A stretch of 64,000 bases of DNA from Alphaproteobacteria bacterium. Its GTDB lineage: Bacteria; Pseudomonadota; Alphaproteobacteria; GCA-2731375. Shown in pieces: positions 46,744 through 57,716 of the stretch; within the stretch, counting starts at the first letter, position 1, and every line of letters begins with the position of its first letter. The stretch is from contig JASMDX010000056.1 in the NCBI GenBank assembly GCA_030752605.1, positions 1,925 to 65,924 on the forward strand. The letters run 5' to 3'. The translations under genes were made by a program, and so were the position numbers. Below the pieces are notes generated by a model. The model saw only the letters and a program-made list of their open reading frames with translations, did no database searches and was not told where the DNA came from.

Positions 46744-49572
46744 ATGAGCGAGCAAAACAGCACCACCTCCACTAAGCCATCCAGCCAGCACGTGGCGGGT
46801 GGCGGGCAACCGGGCCATCTCTATCTGGTCGACGGTTCCGCCTATATCTTCCGCGCCTATCACGCCCTACCGCCGCTGACCCGCAAGAGCGACGGATTGC
46901 CCATCGGTGCCGTTTCGGGCTTTTGCAACATGCTCTCGAAATTGGTCGATGATGTGCGCAATGATGGCGAGGTGGATTACTTCGCGGTGATCTTTGATGC
47001 CGCGCGCAAGACCTTCCGCAACGATATTTATCCCGAATACAAGGCTCATCGCCCGCCGCCGCCAGAGGATCTGCAGCCGCAGTTTCCCCTGGTGAAGCGG
47101 GCCAGCGAAGCCTTCAGCCTGGCAACCATCGAAATGCCCGGCTTCGAGGCCGATGATATCATCGCTACCTATGCCCGTCAGGCCAGGGAGGCCGGCATGC
47201 AGGTCACCATCGTTAGTTCCGACAAGGATCTGATGCAGCTGATAGGCGGCGGCGTGGTCATGCATGATCCCATGAAGCAGCGCCGCATCGGCCCGGACGA
47301 GGTGTATGAGAAATTCGGCGTTGGACCGGACCGGGTTATCGATGTGCAGGCACTGTGCGGTGATGCCACGGACAATGTACCCGGCGTGCCCGGCATCGGC
47401 GTCAAGACCGCTGCGCTGTTGATAAACGAATATGGCGATCTGGACGGCGTGTTGGCGCGGGCCGAGGAAATCAAACAGCCAAAGCGGCGGCAAAACTTGA
47501 TTGACCATGCTGATCTGGCCCGGGTCAGCCGTGATTTGGTCACTCTGAAGGATGATGTGCCGGTGGAACAGCCCCTGGACGAGCTGGGCCTACGGGAGCC
47601 GGAGGCGGAGGTGCTGCTGGATTTCATGGCTGAGATGGGCCTGGAACGCTTGGCTGGGCGCATCGCGCAACGTTTGGGCGGCGAGGTGCCGGAGGCCGTG
47701 GCGCTGGCGGAGGCGGAAACGGCACCGGCGCTTGATTATCAATGTATCCAAACCCTGGCGGAGCTTGAAAGCTGGATCGAAAGGGCCCGCGCCGCTGGCG
47801 TCGTGGCAGTGGATACGGAGACCACATCCCTGGACGCCATGGCGGCGAATCTGGTGGGGGTCTCTCTCTCTATTGAGCCGGGCCAGGCCTGCTATATCCC
47901 CCTGGGCCACAAGGGCCCAGTGCCGGAAGGCGAGCTGGATTTGGGCGGAACTGCCGATACGGCTCCGGAGCAGATCCCCCTGGATCGTGCCCTGGATCTG
48001 CTCCGCCCTCTGCTGGCCGATCCGTCGGTCTTGAAGATAGGGCAGAATCTGAAATACGACATGCTGGTGCTGCGCCGCTATGACATCGAAATCACGCCGC
48101 TCGATGACACCATGTTGCTGTCCTATGTGACGGAAGGCGGCATGCACGGCCATGGGATGGACGAGCTATCCAAACTGCACCTGGATATCGCGCCGATCCC
48201 CTTCAAGGAGGTGGCGGGCAGCGGCAAATCACAGATCACATTTGATCAGGTACCGTTGGACAAAGCGGTGGAATACGCGGCTGAGGACGCGGATCTGACC
48301 CTGCGTCTGTACCGGCGCCTAAAGCCGCAACTGCTCGTCAGCCGCAAGACCGCCGTTTATGAAACCCTGGAGCGGCCTCTGGTGCCGGTGCTCGTCGATA
48401 TGGAACAGGCCGGTATTCTGGTCGATCGGGCCGAACTGGTGCGGCTGTCAGCCGACTTTGCGGGCCGTATCGTTACCCTGGAAGGGCAGATCCACGAGCT
48501 GGCCGGCGAGGCCTTCAACGTCAATTCGCCGAAACAGCTGGGCGAAATCCTGTTCGACAAGATGTCCATACCTGGCGGCAAGAAAACAAAGACCGGTGCC
48601 TATGGAACCGGTGCCGATGTTTTGGAAGGACTGGCCGCGCAGGGCCACGACCTGCCGCTGCGGGTGCTGGAATACCGTCAGTTGGCAAAGCTAAAAAGCA
48701 CCTATACGGACGCCCTGCAAAACCAGATCAACCCCACCACGGGACGGGTCCATACCTCGTACGCCATGGCGGCGACGTCCACAGGGCGCCTGGCCTCCAC
48801 CGATCCGAACCTGCAGAACATTCCCGTCAGGACCGAGGAAGGTCGGCGCATCCGCAAGGCCTTTATCGCGGCGCCGGGCCATAAACTGTTGAGCGCGGAT
48901 TATTCCCAGATCGAACTGCGCATCCTGGCCCATATCGCCGATATCACCGCCCTGCGCGAGGCCTTTCATGATGGCCTCGATATTCACGCTATGACGGCGG
49001 CGCAGGTTTTTAATCTGCCTATAAAGGATATGGATCCGATGATCCGCCGCCGGGCCAAGGCGATAAATTTCGGCATCATCTATGGTATCTCCGCCTTTGG
49101 CCTGGCTAACAATCTGGGTATCGAACGGGGCGAGGCGCAGGATTACATCAATGCCTATTTCGAACGCTATCCAGGTATCCGCACCTATATGGAAAAAACC
49201 AAGGAAAGCTGCCGCGAGCTTGGTTATGTGGAAACCATTCATGGCCGCCGGGTGCATATGCCTGGCATCAACGACAAGAATGGTGCGCGGCGCGGCTTTC
49301 ACGAACGGGCCGCCATCAACGCGCCCATTCAAGGCTCGGCGGCGGATGTGATCCGCCGCGCCATGGTCGCCATGCCGGATGCCTTGGCCGCGGCGGGGCT
49401 GAATGCGACTATGCTGCTGCAGGTGCACGATGAACTGGTCTTTGAAGTGCCCGAAGGGGAGGCCGAGGAAACGGTCACGGTGGCCAAATGGGTAATGGAA
49501 GGCGCGGCGCATTTATCCGTGCCCCTGGTTGTCGATGCCGGGACTGGCAATAGTTGGGACGAAGCACATTAG
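46744..49572 (+). CDS. polA: DNA polymerase I
   Basis: The ATG at 46744 gives ...HLYLVDGSAYIFRAYHA (5'-3' exonuclease), VAVDTETTSLD (3'-5' exonuclease) and DYSQIELRILAH...QVHDELVFE (polymerase motifs A and C). Confidence 0.97.
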   Translation: MSEQNSTTSTKPSSQHVAGGGQPGHLYLVDGSAYIFRAYHALPPLTRKSDGLPIGAVSGFCNMLSKLVDDVRNDGEVDYFAVIFDAARKTFRNDIYPEYKAHRPPPPEDLQPQFPLVKRASEAFSLATIEMPGFEADDIIATYARQAREAGMQVTIVSSDKDLMQLIGGGVVMHDPMKQRRIGPDEVYEKFGVGPDRVIDVQALCGDATDNVPGVPGIGVKTAALLINEYGDLDGVLARAEEIKQPKRRQNLIDHADLARVSRDLVTLKDDVPVEQPLDELGLREPEAEVLLDFMAEMGLERLAGRIAQRLGGEVPEAVALAEAETAPALDYQCIQTLAELESWIERARAAGVVAVDTETTSLDAMAANLVGVSLSIEPGQACYIPLGHKGPVPEGELDLGGTADTAPEQIPLDRALDLLRPLLADPSVLKIGQNLKYDMLVLRRYDIEITPLDDTMLLSYVTEGGMHGHGMDELSKLHLDIAPIPFKEVAGSGKSQITFDQVPLDKAVEYAAEDADLTLRLYRRLKPQLLVSRKTAVYETLERPLVPVLVDMEQAGILVDRAELVRLSADFAGRIVTLEGQIHELAGEAFNVNSPKQLGEILFDKMSIPGGKKTKTGAYGTGADVLEGLAAQGHDLPLRVLEYRQLAKLKSTYTDALQNQINPTTGRVHTSYAMAATSTGRLASTDPNLQNIPVRTEEGRRIRKAFIAAPGHKLLSADYSQIELRILAHIADITALREAFHDGLDIHAMTAAQVFNLPIKDMDPMIRRRAKAINFGIIYGISAFGLANNLGIERGEAQDYINAYFERYPGIRTYMEKTKESCRELGYVETIHGRRVHMPGINDKNGARRGFHERAAINAPIQGSAADVIRRAMVAMPDALAAAGLNATMLLQVHDELVFEVPEGEAEETVTVAKWVMEGAAHLSVPLVVDAGTGNSWDEAH

Positions 49573-49591
49573 CTAATTTTCGCGGAGGACA

Positions 49592-50255
49592 ATGAGGAAA
49601 GGTTTGGGGCGAAAACTGAGACTAGGCAGCGGGTAGGTGCTGTTCGTTTTTGTGACCACGCATTTCATCAATCATACCTTGGGCAATATATCCCTTGGCG
49701 CCATGGAGGCCGGGCGTGAAGTCTTTACGGCGCTATGGCGCAACTGGCCGGCGACCATCTTGTTCTATGGCGCCATACTAGTGCATGCTTTGGCGACCCT
49801 GGGCGTGCATGAATTTTTCGGCGTCAACGACAGCTATCTCTATGAAATCCTGAAAATATGGGTGTTCGAGCCGCTGTATGGCTGGCTAGCGGCCCTGGCA
49901 GGGGGCTATGGCTGTATTGGTTTGCACCAATGGCTGCGCCTGAAACCCTGGTACAGTCGAGCCTGCCTCTGGCTGCTGACCGCTGCTCTGTTGTTGCCGG
50001 CTCTGGCACTCTCTGGTTTTGCTAGCGTTGGAAAACAGATCGCCCTGTGGACGCAAGACTAGGCCTGGATGATTGCGTTCATCGCGTCAGTTAAGTTCAG
50101 CGTACCTGTTAGCGAGCTGAAGGAATTTGCCGTGCAGACGGTGATCTCCAGCTTTGTCGCGGCGCGCGCCGGCGCTGACCTTTCGGCTTTCGAGGCGCGT
50201 GAGATCACCGTACGGGGCCGGGCGGAGGCAATGGCCGTGCATCTAATCACCTTGC
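49592..50255 (+). pseudogene. membrane-anchored class III adenylate/guanylate cyclase gene, heavily decayed
   Basis: The ATG at 49592 follows GGAGGA. MRKGLGRKLRLGSG[TAG 49634..49636]VLFVFVTTHFINHTLGNISLGAMEAGREVFTALWRNWP... matches the N-terminal membrane domain of alphaproteobacterial cyclases, but a helix pair is missing. A second in-frame TAG lies at 50060..50062. Then IAFIASVKFS...ADLSAFEAREITVRGRAEAMAVHLI, which is only the first strand and the extreme C-terminus of a cyclase domain. About 220 codons remain of an expected >500. Confidence 0.65.
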
Positions 50256-50342
50256 GCGCGATTTGCCCCAGACCGAGGCGGCTCCGCCACGCCGCGCCGC
50301 CGTGGTGGCCGCGTCCTCGTCAAGGTAGCGGTATAGCGCAAA

Positions 50343-50375
50343 GAAAAAGGGGCCGCGCCGGACTGGCGCGGCCTC
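50343..50375 (-). terminator. rho-independent terminator of groESL
   Basis: On the reverse strand, GGCCGCGCC-agtcc-GGCGCGGCC forms a perfect 9-bp GC stem followed by CCTTTTTCTTTG, about 40 nt after the groEL stop. Confidence 0.8.
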
Positions 50376-50412
50376 TAAATCGTTGGGGTTATGTGCGTAT
50401 TGGTGAACCGGC

Positions 50413-52110
<1,698 letters not shown>

Positions 52111-52155
52111 TTAGTATTGATGTAAGCCAGAGCGTAAGAAGAGCAAAAGCAACCG

Positions 52156-52494
52156 TTAGGCCGCTTTTTTGCCCTTTTTCGCTTTTTTGGCGGGCTTGGC
52201 GGGTTTGTCCGAAAGCACGGCCATGATGTCGGTTTCGTTCATGATCAGCAGTTCCTGGCCGTCCAAGGTTACCTCGGTGCCGGACCATTTGCCGAACAGT
52301 ATGCGGTCACCGTTCTTCACGGTGAGGGCAACGCGTTCGCCATTTTCGTCGCGGGCACCGGGGCCGACGCCCATGATGATGCCTTGCATTGGTTTTTCCT
52401 GCGCCGTATCGGGAATGATAATTCCGCCGGCGGTTTTGGTGTCCTCATCGGCGCGCTTGATCAGCACGCGGTCGTTCAGCGGACGAAGCTTCAT
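52156..52494 (-). CDS. groES: co-chaperonin GroES with an atypical Lys/Ala/Pro-rich C-terminal extension
   Basis: From the ATG at 52494: [35 protein letters not shown]...[13 protein letters not shown], followed by [18 protein letters not shown]. Confidence 0.95.
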   Translation of the reverse strand: MKLRPLNDRVLIKRADEDTKTAGGIIIPDTAQEKPMQGIIMGVGPGARDENGERVALTVKNGDRILFGKWSGTEVTLDGQELLIMNETDIMAVLSDKPAKPAKKAKKGKKAA

Positions 52495-52578
52495 GGAGTC
52501 CTCACAGTCGCTGTAGGTTGCAAAAAATTCGGTTTCATTGGTAGCTGTATCGCTTTTTTTAGCCGCCAAGAGCGCTTG

Positions 52579-52605
52579 CTAGCACTCTATGGAGGCGAGT
52601 GCCAG
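52579..52605. promoter_or_regulatory. CIRCE element (HrcA operator) in the groES leader
   Basis: CTAGCACTC-tatggaggc-GAGTGCCAG compared with the consensus TTAGCACTC-N9-GAGTGCTAA. Confidence 0.8.
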
Positions 52606-52607
52606 TG

Positions 52608-52636
52608 ATTTAGGCGAGGCGGGCTCCAGGTTCAAG
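52608..52636 (-). promoter_or_regulatory. candidate RpoH (sigma-32)-type promoter of groESL
   Basis: The reverse strand reads CTTGAA-N16-CCTAAAT directly upstream of CIRCE. This resembles the alphaproteobacterial heat-shock promoter pattern CTTGAA-N16/17-CYTATNT. Confidence 0.45.
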
Positions 52637-52808
52637 TATTTCTTTTCCGCCCAGCCCAACAAATTTTATTAGCTACCTTGCCAAATGAGCGCCAAGCCGT
52701 TGAATTTGCAGGACTTTCAATAAGATCTTCATGGGATTACATGAAAAATAAAAGAGGTGGTTCGATGGGCACAAAAGGAGCAACATCACGGCCACGATAT
52801 AAACGCAA

Positions 52809-53051
52809 TTGGACCGCTACCGTTTGACGACGGCGGAAATCACCTATCGGCTGCCGGACTGGCCGGCATTGCTACAGACCTACTTATGGCAGGAATATGA
52901 TCTGGCGCCGCGCTTTCCCCGCCTGCATGAACTCCTCGCGTTCTGGGAAAGGCATCTGGATGGGCCATTGCACTCGGTTCGCGTCGCCTCGGCCAAGCTG
53001 ATCACGCCATTGCAGTTTCGCCACCTGGACGCCGACGAAATACGGCATTAG
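52809..53051 (+). CDS. Usg-family protein
   Basis: YRLTTAEITYRLPDWPALLQTYLWQEYDLAPRFPRLHELLAFWERHLDGPLHSVRVA. TTG start; a TAA lies three codons upstream. Confidence 0.7.
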   Translation: MDRYRLTTAEITYRLPDWPALLQTYLWQEYDLAPRFPRLHELLAFWERHLDGPLHSVRVASAKLITPLQFRHLDADEIRH

Positions 53052-53075
53052 GGCATATTTTGATATTCATCGGGT

Positions 53076-53118
53076 CGCTGGGCTGCCTAGTGGTTGTGAT
53101 CCCATGGGCAGCCCGGCG
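53076..53118. terminator. hairpin between convergent usg-like and flavin reductase genes
   Basis: cgctGGGCTGCC ... GGCAGCCCggcg has an 8-bp perfect core (53080..53087 / 53107..53114) that extends to about 12 bp. Confidence 0.4.
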
Positions 53119-53140
53119 TCTCCGATAAAGTGGACCGGTC

Positions 53141-53641
53141 CTAGCCGCCGTAAAAGACGTTGTCGCCCAGTTCCTTCATTTCCAGGATCGCTTCATCGGC
53201 GCGGCCTTCGGGTTCCTTGGCTACATTGGCGTCGACCACTTCGCCGACCAGGATGTGGTGATCGCCTTGTTCGACGATCTCGACGATCTTGCATTGTACG
53301 GAGGCGACGGCGTTATCTAGAACAGGGGCGCCGTTGCCGCCCATCGTGAAGGGCTCGCCGCTGATGGTATCGCCGTCGCGGGTGGCGGGCTTGAAAAAGC
53401 CGAAGGCCATGCCCTGCTGCCCCTTGCCCAGCATGTTCAGGGTGAAATTGCCGGCTGCCTTGGCGATGGTGTAGGCGCCGGAATCCGCTTTTGCCCCGAC
53501 CACAACCAAGGGCGGCGCGAACGAGGTTTGCGTCACCCAGTTGACCGTGGCGGCAGCGACTTCACCGTCGTTTTCCGCCGTCATTACATAGATGCCGTAA
53601 GGAATCATGCGTAGAGCAGTTTTTTTAGCGTCGTCGTCCAT
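53141..53641 (-). CDS. flavin reductase family protein
   Basis: From the ATG at 53641: MDDDAKKTALRMIPYGIYVMTAENDGEVAAATVNWVTQTSFAPPLVVVG...GDHHILVGEVV. Confidence 0.85.
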   Translation of the reverse strand: MDDDAKKTALRMIPYGIYVMTAENDGEVAAATVNWVTQTSFAPPLVVVGAKADSGAYTIAKAAGNFTLNMLGKGQQGMAFGFFKPATRDGDTISGEPFTMGGNGAPVLDNAVASVQCKIVEIVEQGDHHILVGEVVDANVAKEPEGRADEAILEMKELGDNVFYGG

Positions 53642-53708
53642 GGATTTTCCTTTGCTGGAACTGTTTCGTAATATTACTAATTTTGGTCTTCCCACCTGAA
53701 ACCGGATA

Positions 53709-54320
53709 TCAGGCCGTGGCGCTGGGCCGGGCCTGCATGCGTCCGTGCCAGGCGGTGATATTCGCCAGCGATTGATCAATGGGCTGATCCACGCCGGCAA
53801 AGAAATCGATGAAGCCGAACAACAGAATATCGGCCAGGGTTAACCGTTCGCCGACGATGAAGCTCTTACCCGCCATCTGTTGATCCAGCCACTGCAATTT
53901 GTCCTGGGCTGCCGCCTTTAAGTCGTCCGCTGCCTGGGGGATGCAGCGCATGCGGCCCTGAAACATCTTCAGGCCCGTGGAATAGCGGAAGCCATTGGCC
54001 ATGGGCTCGCAGATATTGAGGTCAATACGCCGGGTCCACATGCGGGTTTCTGCTTTTTCCTCCGCCGTGGCGCCAATCAGCGCCGGTTCGGGATGGCGAT
54101 CCTCAAGATATTCGCAGATCACCGTGATTTCCGCCAGAACGCCGCCGTCATCAAGCTCCAGCGCTGGGCATTGCCCGGACGGATTGAGCTGAAGATAGTC
54201 CGATTGGCGGTTGACGCCGGCCATGATGTCAACCTCTTCCATGGGCAGATCAATGCCCTTTTCCGCCATGAACATGCGGACAACGCGCGGATTTGGACCG
54301 ATGGAATTGTATAATTTCAT
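53709..54320 (-). CDS. glutathione S-transferase
   Basis: MKLYNSIGPNPRVVRMFMAEKGI, NPSGQCPALELDDG, LAEITVICEYLED. Confidence 0.9.
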   Translation of the reverse strand: MKLYNSIGPNPRVVRMFMAEKGIDLPMEEVDIMAGVNRQSDYLQLNPSGQCPALELDDGGVLAEITVICEYLEDRHPEPALIGATAEEKAETRMWTRRIDLNICEPMANGFRYSTGLKMFQGRMRCIPQAADDLKAAAQDKLQWLDQQMAGKSFIVGERLTLADILLFGFIDFFAGVDQPIDQSLANITAWHGRMQARPSATA

Positions 54321-54595
54321 GCTGAATTATTCCCCCTGAATGCTTCTACCCCGCCGGCGCATGTCATAGCACATCGCGCCGGTCAAAACCCATAGAGATC
54401 GCCATGTTGAGATCACTATGTTGATCTCACCACGTTACGAACATCATGTCGCGATCACGATGGCGGTTCCCGCCGAAGGCGGGCGCCAGTACCGAATAAC
54501 ACTACCGCCGCCGCGATTGGGCGGTTCTGGATCCCCTGCTTCCCTATACCCCCGTCCGGTTTGCCGCCTTCGGTCCGCCGTCGTCTAGCGGCAGG

Positions 54596-56323
54596 CTACG
54601 ATGCGGCCTTGTTGCCGCCCAGCAGCTTGCGCATATGTTCGTTCACCTGACCGCTGTGATGGCGGGCGGTTTTGCCCGTTGGCTCCAAGGTTTCGTCGTA
54701 GAAGAACGACGGCAGTTCGTCATCATCCTCGGTGAAGCCGGCCTGGCGGTTGAATTCCCACTCCAGCTGCAAGGCTTCGCGGCCCAGATCCTTCATGAAG
54801 GAAGCGTCGAAATTGGTGCCGTGGGCATCGTTGACGGCGGCTACGATCAGGCCTTGATTGATGTTGGTGACCGAGCGCCCGAACAGGCAGAGACCCATGG
54901 AATCCGCCGCCGCGCAGTCTTCCTGAATATCCAGGCTGGCCTCGGTCAATTCCTCGGTCGTCATATCGGCGCTCTTGTGACCGGGGATATTGCCCGCCGT
55001 ATGATCAGCGCCCTGAGCGGTCAGCATCATGGAAATGCCGGTAACCTCGATGGCGCGGGGGTCATAGGCGCTGATGCCCTGGTTCTTGATCACTGGAATA
55101 CGGGCGACATTATAGTGTTTGCCAACCCGGCCGGCACCCTGGGCCAGGATGCGGCCCCGCTCGTTGCCGGCGCGCATATCGTCCATTGCGGCCAGCATGA
55201 AATCGGCATCGCCGAATTCGCCTTCGCCGGCTTCCATCAGCACGCCCAGCATGGCCCCGACCTCGATTGTATCGATGCCCAGGTCGTTACATTGATGGTT
55301 CGTACGGGCCACGTCGTCGGGATCTTTCAGGCCGCAGTTGCTGCCCAGCAGGCCAAGGGATTCATACTCCAGCGGTGAGACCATCTCCTCGCCGTTCTCG
55401 TCCACATAGACGTTGGAGCACTTGATCATGCAACCAGGCATGCAAGCATGGGTCGTCTCACCGCCCCGTTCGATGGTCAGATCACGGATATAGCTGCCGC
55501 CCAGCTTCAGAGTTTCCTCTGATGCGTCGACCAGGCGGCCATCGCTGAAATTGCGTGTCGGCAGGCCGCCCAACTGGTTGGTCAGATCGCTGACCATCGC
55601 CGTGCCGAACATGGAGAAGGCCTCGATCGCCTTGTCCTCGCGCAGCAGCTTGCCGTATTCACGGACCCGGCCCATGACCTTCTTGCGGTCGTGGAAGGTG
55701 GGCATTTTGTTCATATCGACGATGATCGCCTTGACCTTCTTGCTGCCCATGACCGCACCGACGCCACCACGCGCGGCGATGCGCACGGGCCGGCCTTCCG
55801 GATCGGGGAACGAGATGCCGGCGACCAGGCCGCCGTATTCGCCGACCGGGCTGCACAGACCCATGGAGATCTTGTCGCCGTATTTTTCGAACAGCTTCGC
55901 CGCCGTTTCGATATTGCCCATGCCCAGAAACGGTGTCGCGTCATCAAAGCTGATATCTCCCTCCTTGCTGACGCGGATGATCACCCAGTCGTTGGAGGCG
56001 CCTATCAGGGTTATGCCGGATATCTCGCATTGGCCCATGGCAAATGCAAAGGTGCCGCCGGCGTTGGCTTCCTTGACGCCGCCTGTGAGCGGGCTTTTGC
56101 AGCCGACAGAGATGCGGTTGGCGTTGGAAAAGTTGGTGCCGGCCAATGGCCCGGCGGAAAAAATCAACGGATTGCCCGGCGATAGCGGATCGACCTTCGC
56201 CGCACCCTTTTCCAGCAGAGTCTTAGCAATGAAATACCGGCCCACACGAATGCACGCCGCGCCGGTCAGCTCCTCGGTCTCGGTGGATTGGTCATCGAGG
56301 TTTATGTGCAAATATTTCCGCAT
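54596..56323 (-). CDS. aldehyde:ferredoxin oxidoreductase (AOR) family, tungsto-/molybdopterin enzyme
   Basis: MRKYLHINLDDQSTETEELTG, NPLIFSAGPLAGT, ISVGCKSPLTGG (N-terminal AFOR_N domain), and the C-terminal ...DSMGLCLF... and ...AGFTEDDDELP. Confidence 0.85.
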   Translation of the reverse strand: MRKYLHINLDDQSTETEELTGAACIRVGRYFIAKTLLEKGAAKVDPLSPGNPLIFSAGPLAGTNFSNANRISVGCKSPLTGGVKEANAGGTFAFAMGQCEISGITLIGASNDWVIIRVSKEGDISFDDATPFLGMGNIETAAKLFEKYGDKISMGLCSPVGEYGGLVAGISFPDPEGRPVRIAARGGVGAVMGSKKVKAIIVDMNKMPTFHDRKKVMGRVREYGKLLREDKAIEAFSMFGTAMVSDLTNQLGGLPTRNFSDGRLVDASEETLKLGGSYIRDLTIERGGETTHACMPGCMIKCSNVYVDENGEEMVSPLEYESLGLLGSNCGLKDPDDVARTNHQCNDLGIDTIEVGAMLGVLMEAGEGEFGDADFMLAAMDDMRAGNERGRILAQGAGRVGKHYNVARIPVIKNQGISAYDPRAIEVTGISMMLTAQGADHTAGNIPGHKSADMTTEELTEASLDIQEDCAAADSMGLCLFGRSVTNINQGLIVAAVNDAHGTNFDASFMKDLGREALQLEWEFNRQAGFTEDDDELPSFFYDETLEPTGKTARHHSGQVNEHMRKLLGGNKAAS

Positions 56324-56478
56324 GGTGCCTTCGCCCTATTTCTGAGGTTTATGTGATTGGTGTCTATATCGATCTAGAAATCCACAGTCAGTCGTAGCCT
56401 ATTTCCATTCCAATACAACACGCCCTGGCTCATTTTAGCACATCCAAGCAGCAAGACTAGGTGTGCTTTTATGCTAGT

Positions 56479-57687
56479 TCATGCGCCTTTGCCGCGTTTA
56501 GTGGTCGCTAATAGGAAAACGCCTGCGGCCAAGGATGCAACGGCAATCAAATAGAAAGCATTGGTATAGCCGCCGCCGAACTCGACCATCGCGCCAAAAA
56601 CCGGAGGACCCGAGACAATACCGAAGAACAGAAAGAACTGCCCGCCACCAGCGGCCTCGCCCACTTTGTTCGGCGGCGCCAGGCGGGCAAACTCGGAAAG
56701 TAGAAGGCCCAACACACCATTCGTGCTGGCGCCTAGCATGACCGCGATCAGCGCGGTCAGCCAGAATGGCCAGGCCGTGGTGAAGAAACTCATGGAGACG
56801 ATGCTGAAGGACATCATCACCCCGATTAGGCCAAGCAATACCCAACTTCGCAGGAAGCGGCCGGCAATTGCACCCCAAAATATGCGCGCCGGTATCGCCG
56901 AACCGTGGATGATGGCAAAGATGGCTCCAGCAAATTCAATCGAAAGACCGTTTGCTTCCTCTAGATAGATTACCATGAAGGCCAGAATGGCCATCTGTGT
57001 GAATGTATAAAAATAGCCCGCCGCAGCCAGCGTTATAAGCGGTTTGGATGCAACGATCACACGCAGGGACTCGATGACGCCGGCAAGGCTGATGGGATAG
57101 CGGGGGTCCCGGTCGTCATCGAGATCATTGCGGATACACTGCACGCCGACAATTGTGAGGAGTGGCAGCATGGTGATCGCGACGACGGCGATCCGCCAAT
57201 CATACAGCGCCATCAACGGCGGCAGCAGCAGCCCGGCCAGCATTCCGCCCATGGGCGTCCCCGTCTGCTTCAGGGAGAATACCAGGGGTTGCCAGCGTTC
57301 CGGCGCATGCCGCGCCAGGATCCGCGAACTAGCCGGGTTGAGCGGCCCCATGGCGATGCCGATCAGCGCTGCGCTGGCCAAGGCCATCCACCAGAGGGGG
57401 ATGGCGCCGGCCAGCCAAAGACCCAAGGCCGCAGCCAACAAGGCGGCCTGGCAGATCCGGATAACGCCAAAGCGGGCTAGAAAACTGCCCGCGCCGAGGC
57501 CCGCCAGCATGCCGGCGATATACAGCACAGCCATATAGATGCCGATGTTCGTGGCCTTTACACCAAGATCGCCTGCCGCCTGCACTGCCACGACGGCGGC
57601 GGCGAAGCTGCACATAGTGCCGAAGGATTGTATCGCCAACATCGCCGGCAGGGCGATGCGGACCTTGGTTTGCAGCAGTTCACGCAT
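56479..57687 (-). CDS. MFS transporter
   Basis: 402 aa with about twelve hydrophobic segments. Confidence 0.85.
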   Translation of the reverse strand: MRELLQTKVRIALPAMLAIQSFGTMCSFAAAVVAVQAAGDLGVKATNIGIYMAVLYIAGMLAGLGAGSFLARFGVIRICQAALLAAALGLWLAGAIPLWWMALASAALIGIAMGPLNPASSRILARHAPERWQPLVFSLKQTGTPMGGMLAGLLLPPLMALYDWRIAVVAITMLPLLTIVGVQCIRNDLDDDRDPRYPISLAGVIESLRVIVASKPLITLAAAGYFYTFTQMAILAFMVIYLEEANGLSIEFAGAIFAIIHGSAIPARIFWGAIAGRFLRSWVLLGLIGVMMSFSIVSMSFFTTAWPFWLTALIAVMLGASTNGVLGLLLSEFARLAPPNKVGEAAGGGQFFLFFGIVSGPPVFGAMVEFGGGYTNAFYLIAVASLAAGVFLLATTKRGKGA

Positions 57688-57716
57688 GACCGGCTAACTA
57701 CTTGCGCTAGGCAAGG

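Noticed and set aside
54400-54470. Repeated ATGTTGAGATCAC / ATGTTGATCTCAC and the GAGATC-N8-GATCTC inverted repeat between the AOR gene and the GST gene.
   Set aside because: The repeat is real in the sequence but short and single-copy in this window. I cannot tell a GST operator from chance, so I record it here rather than as a finding.
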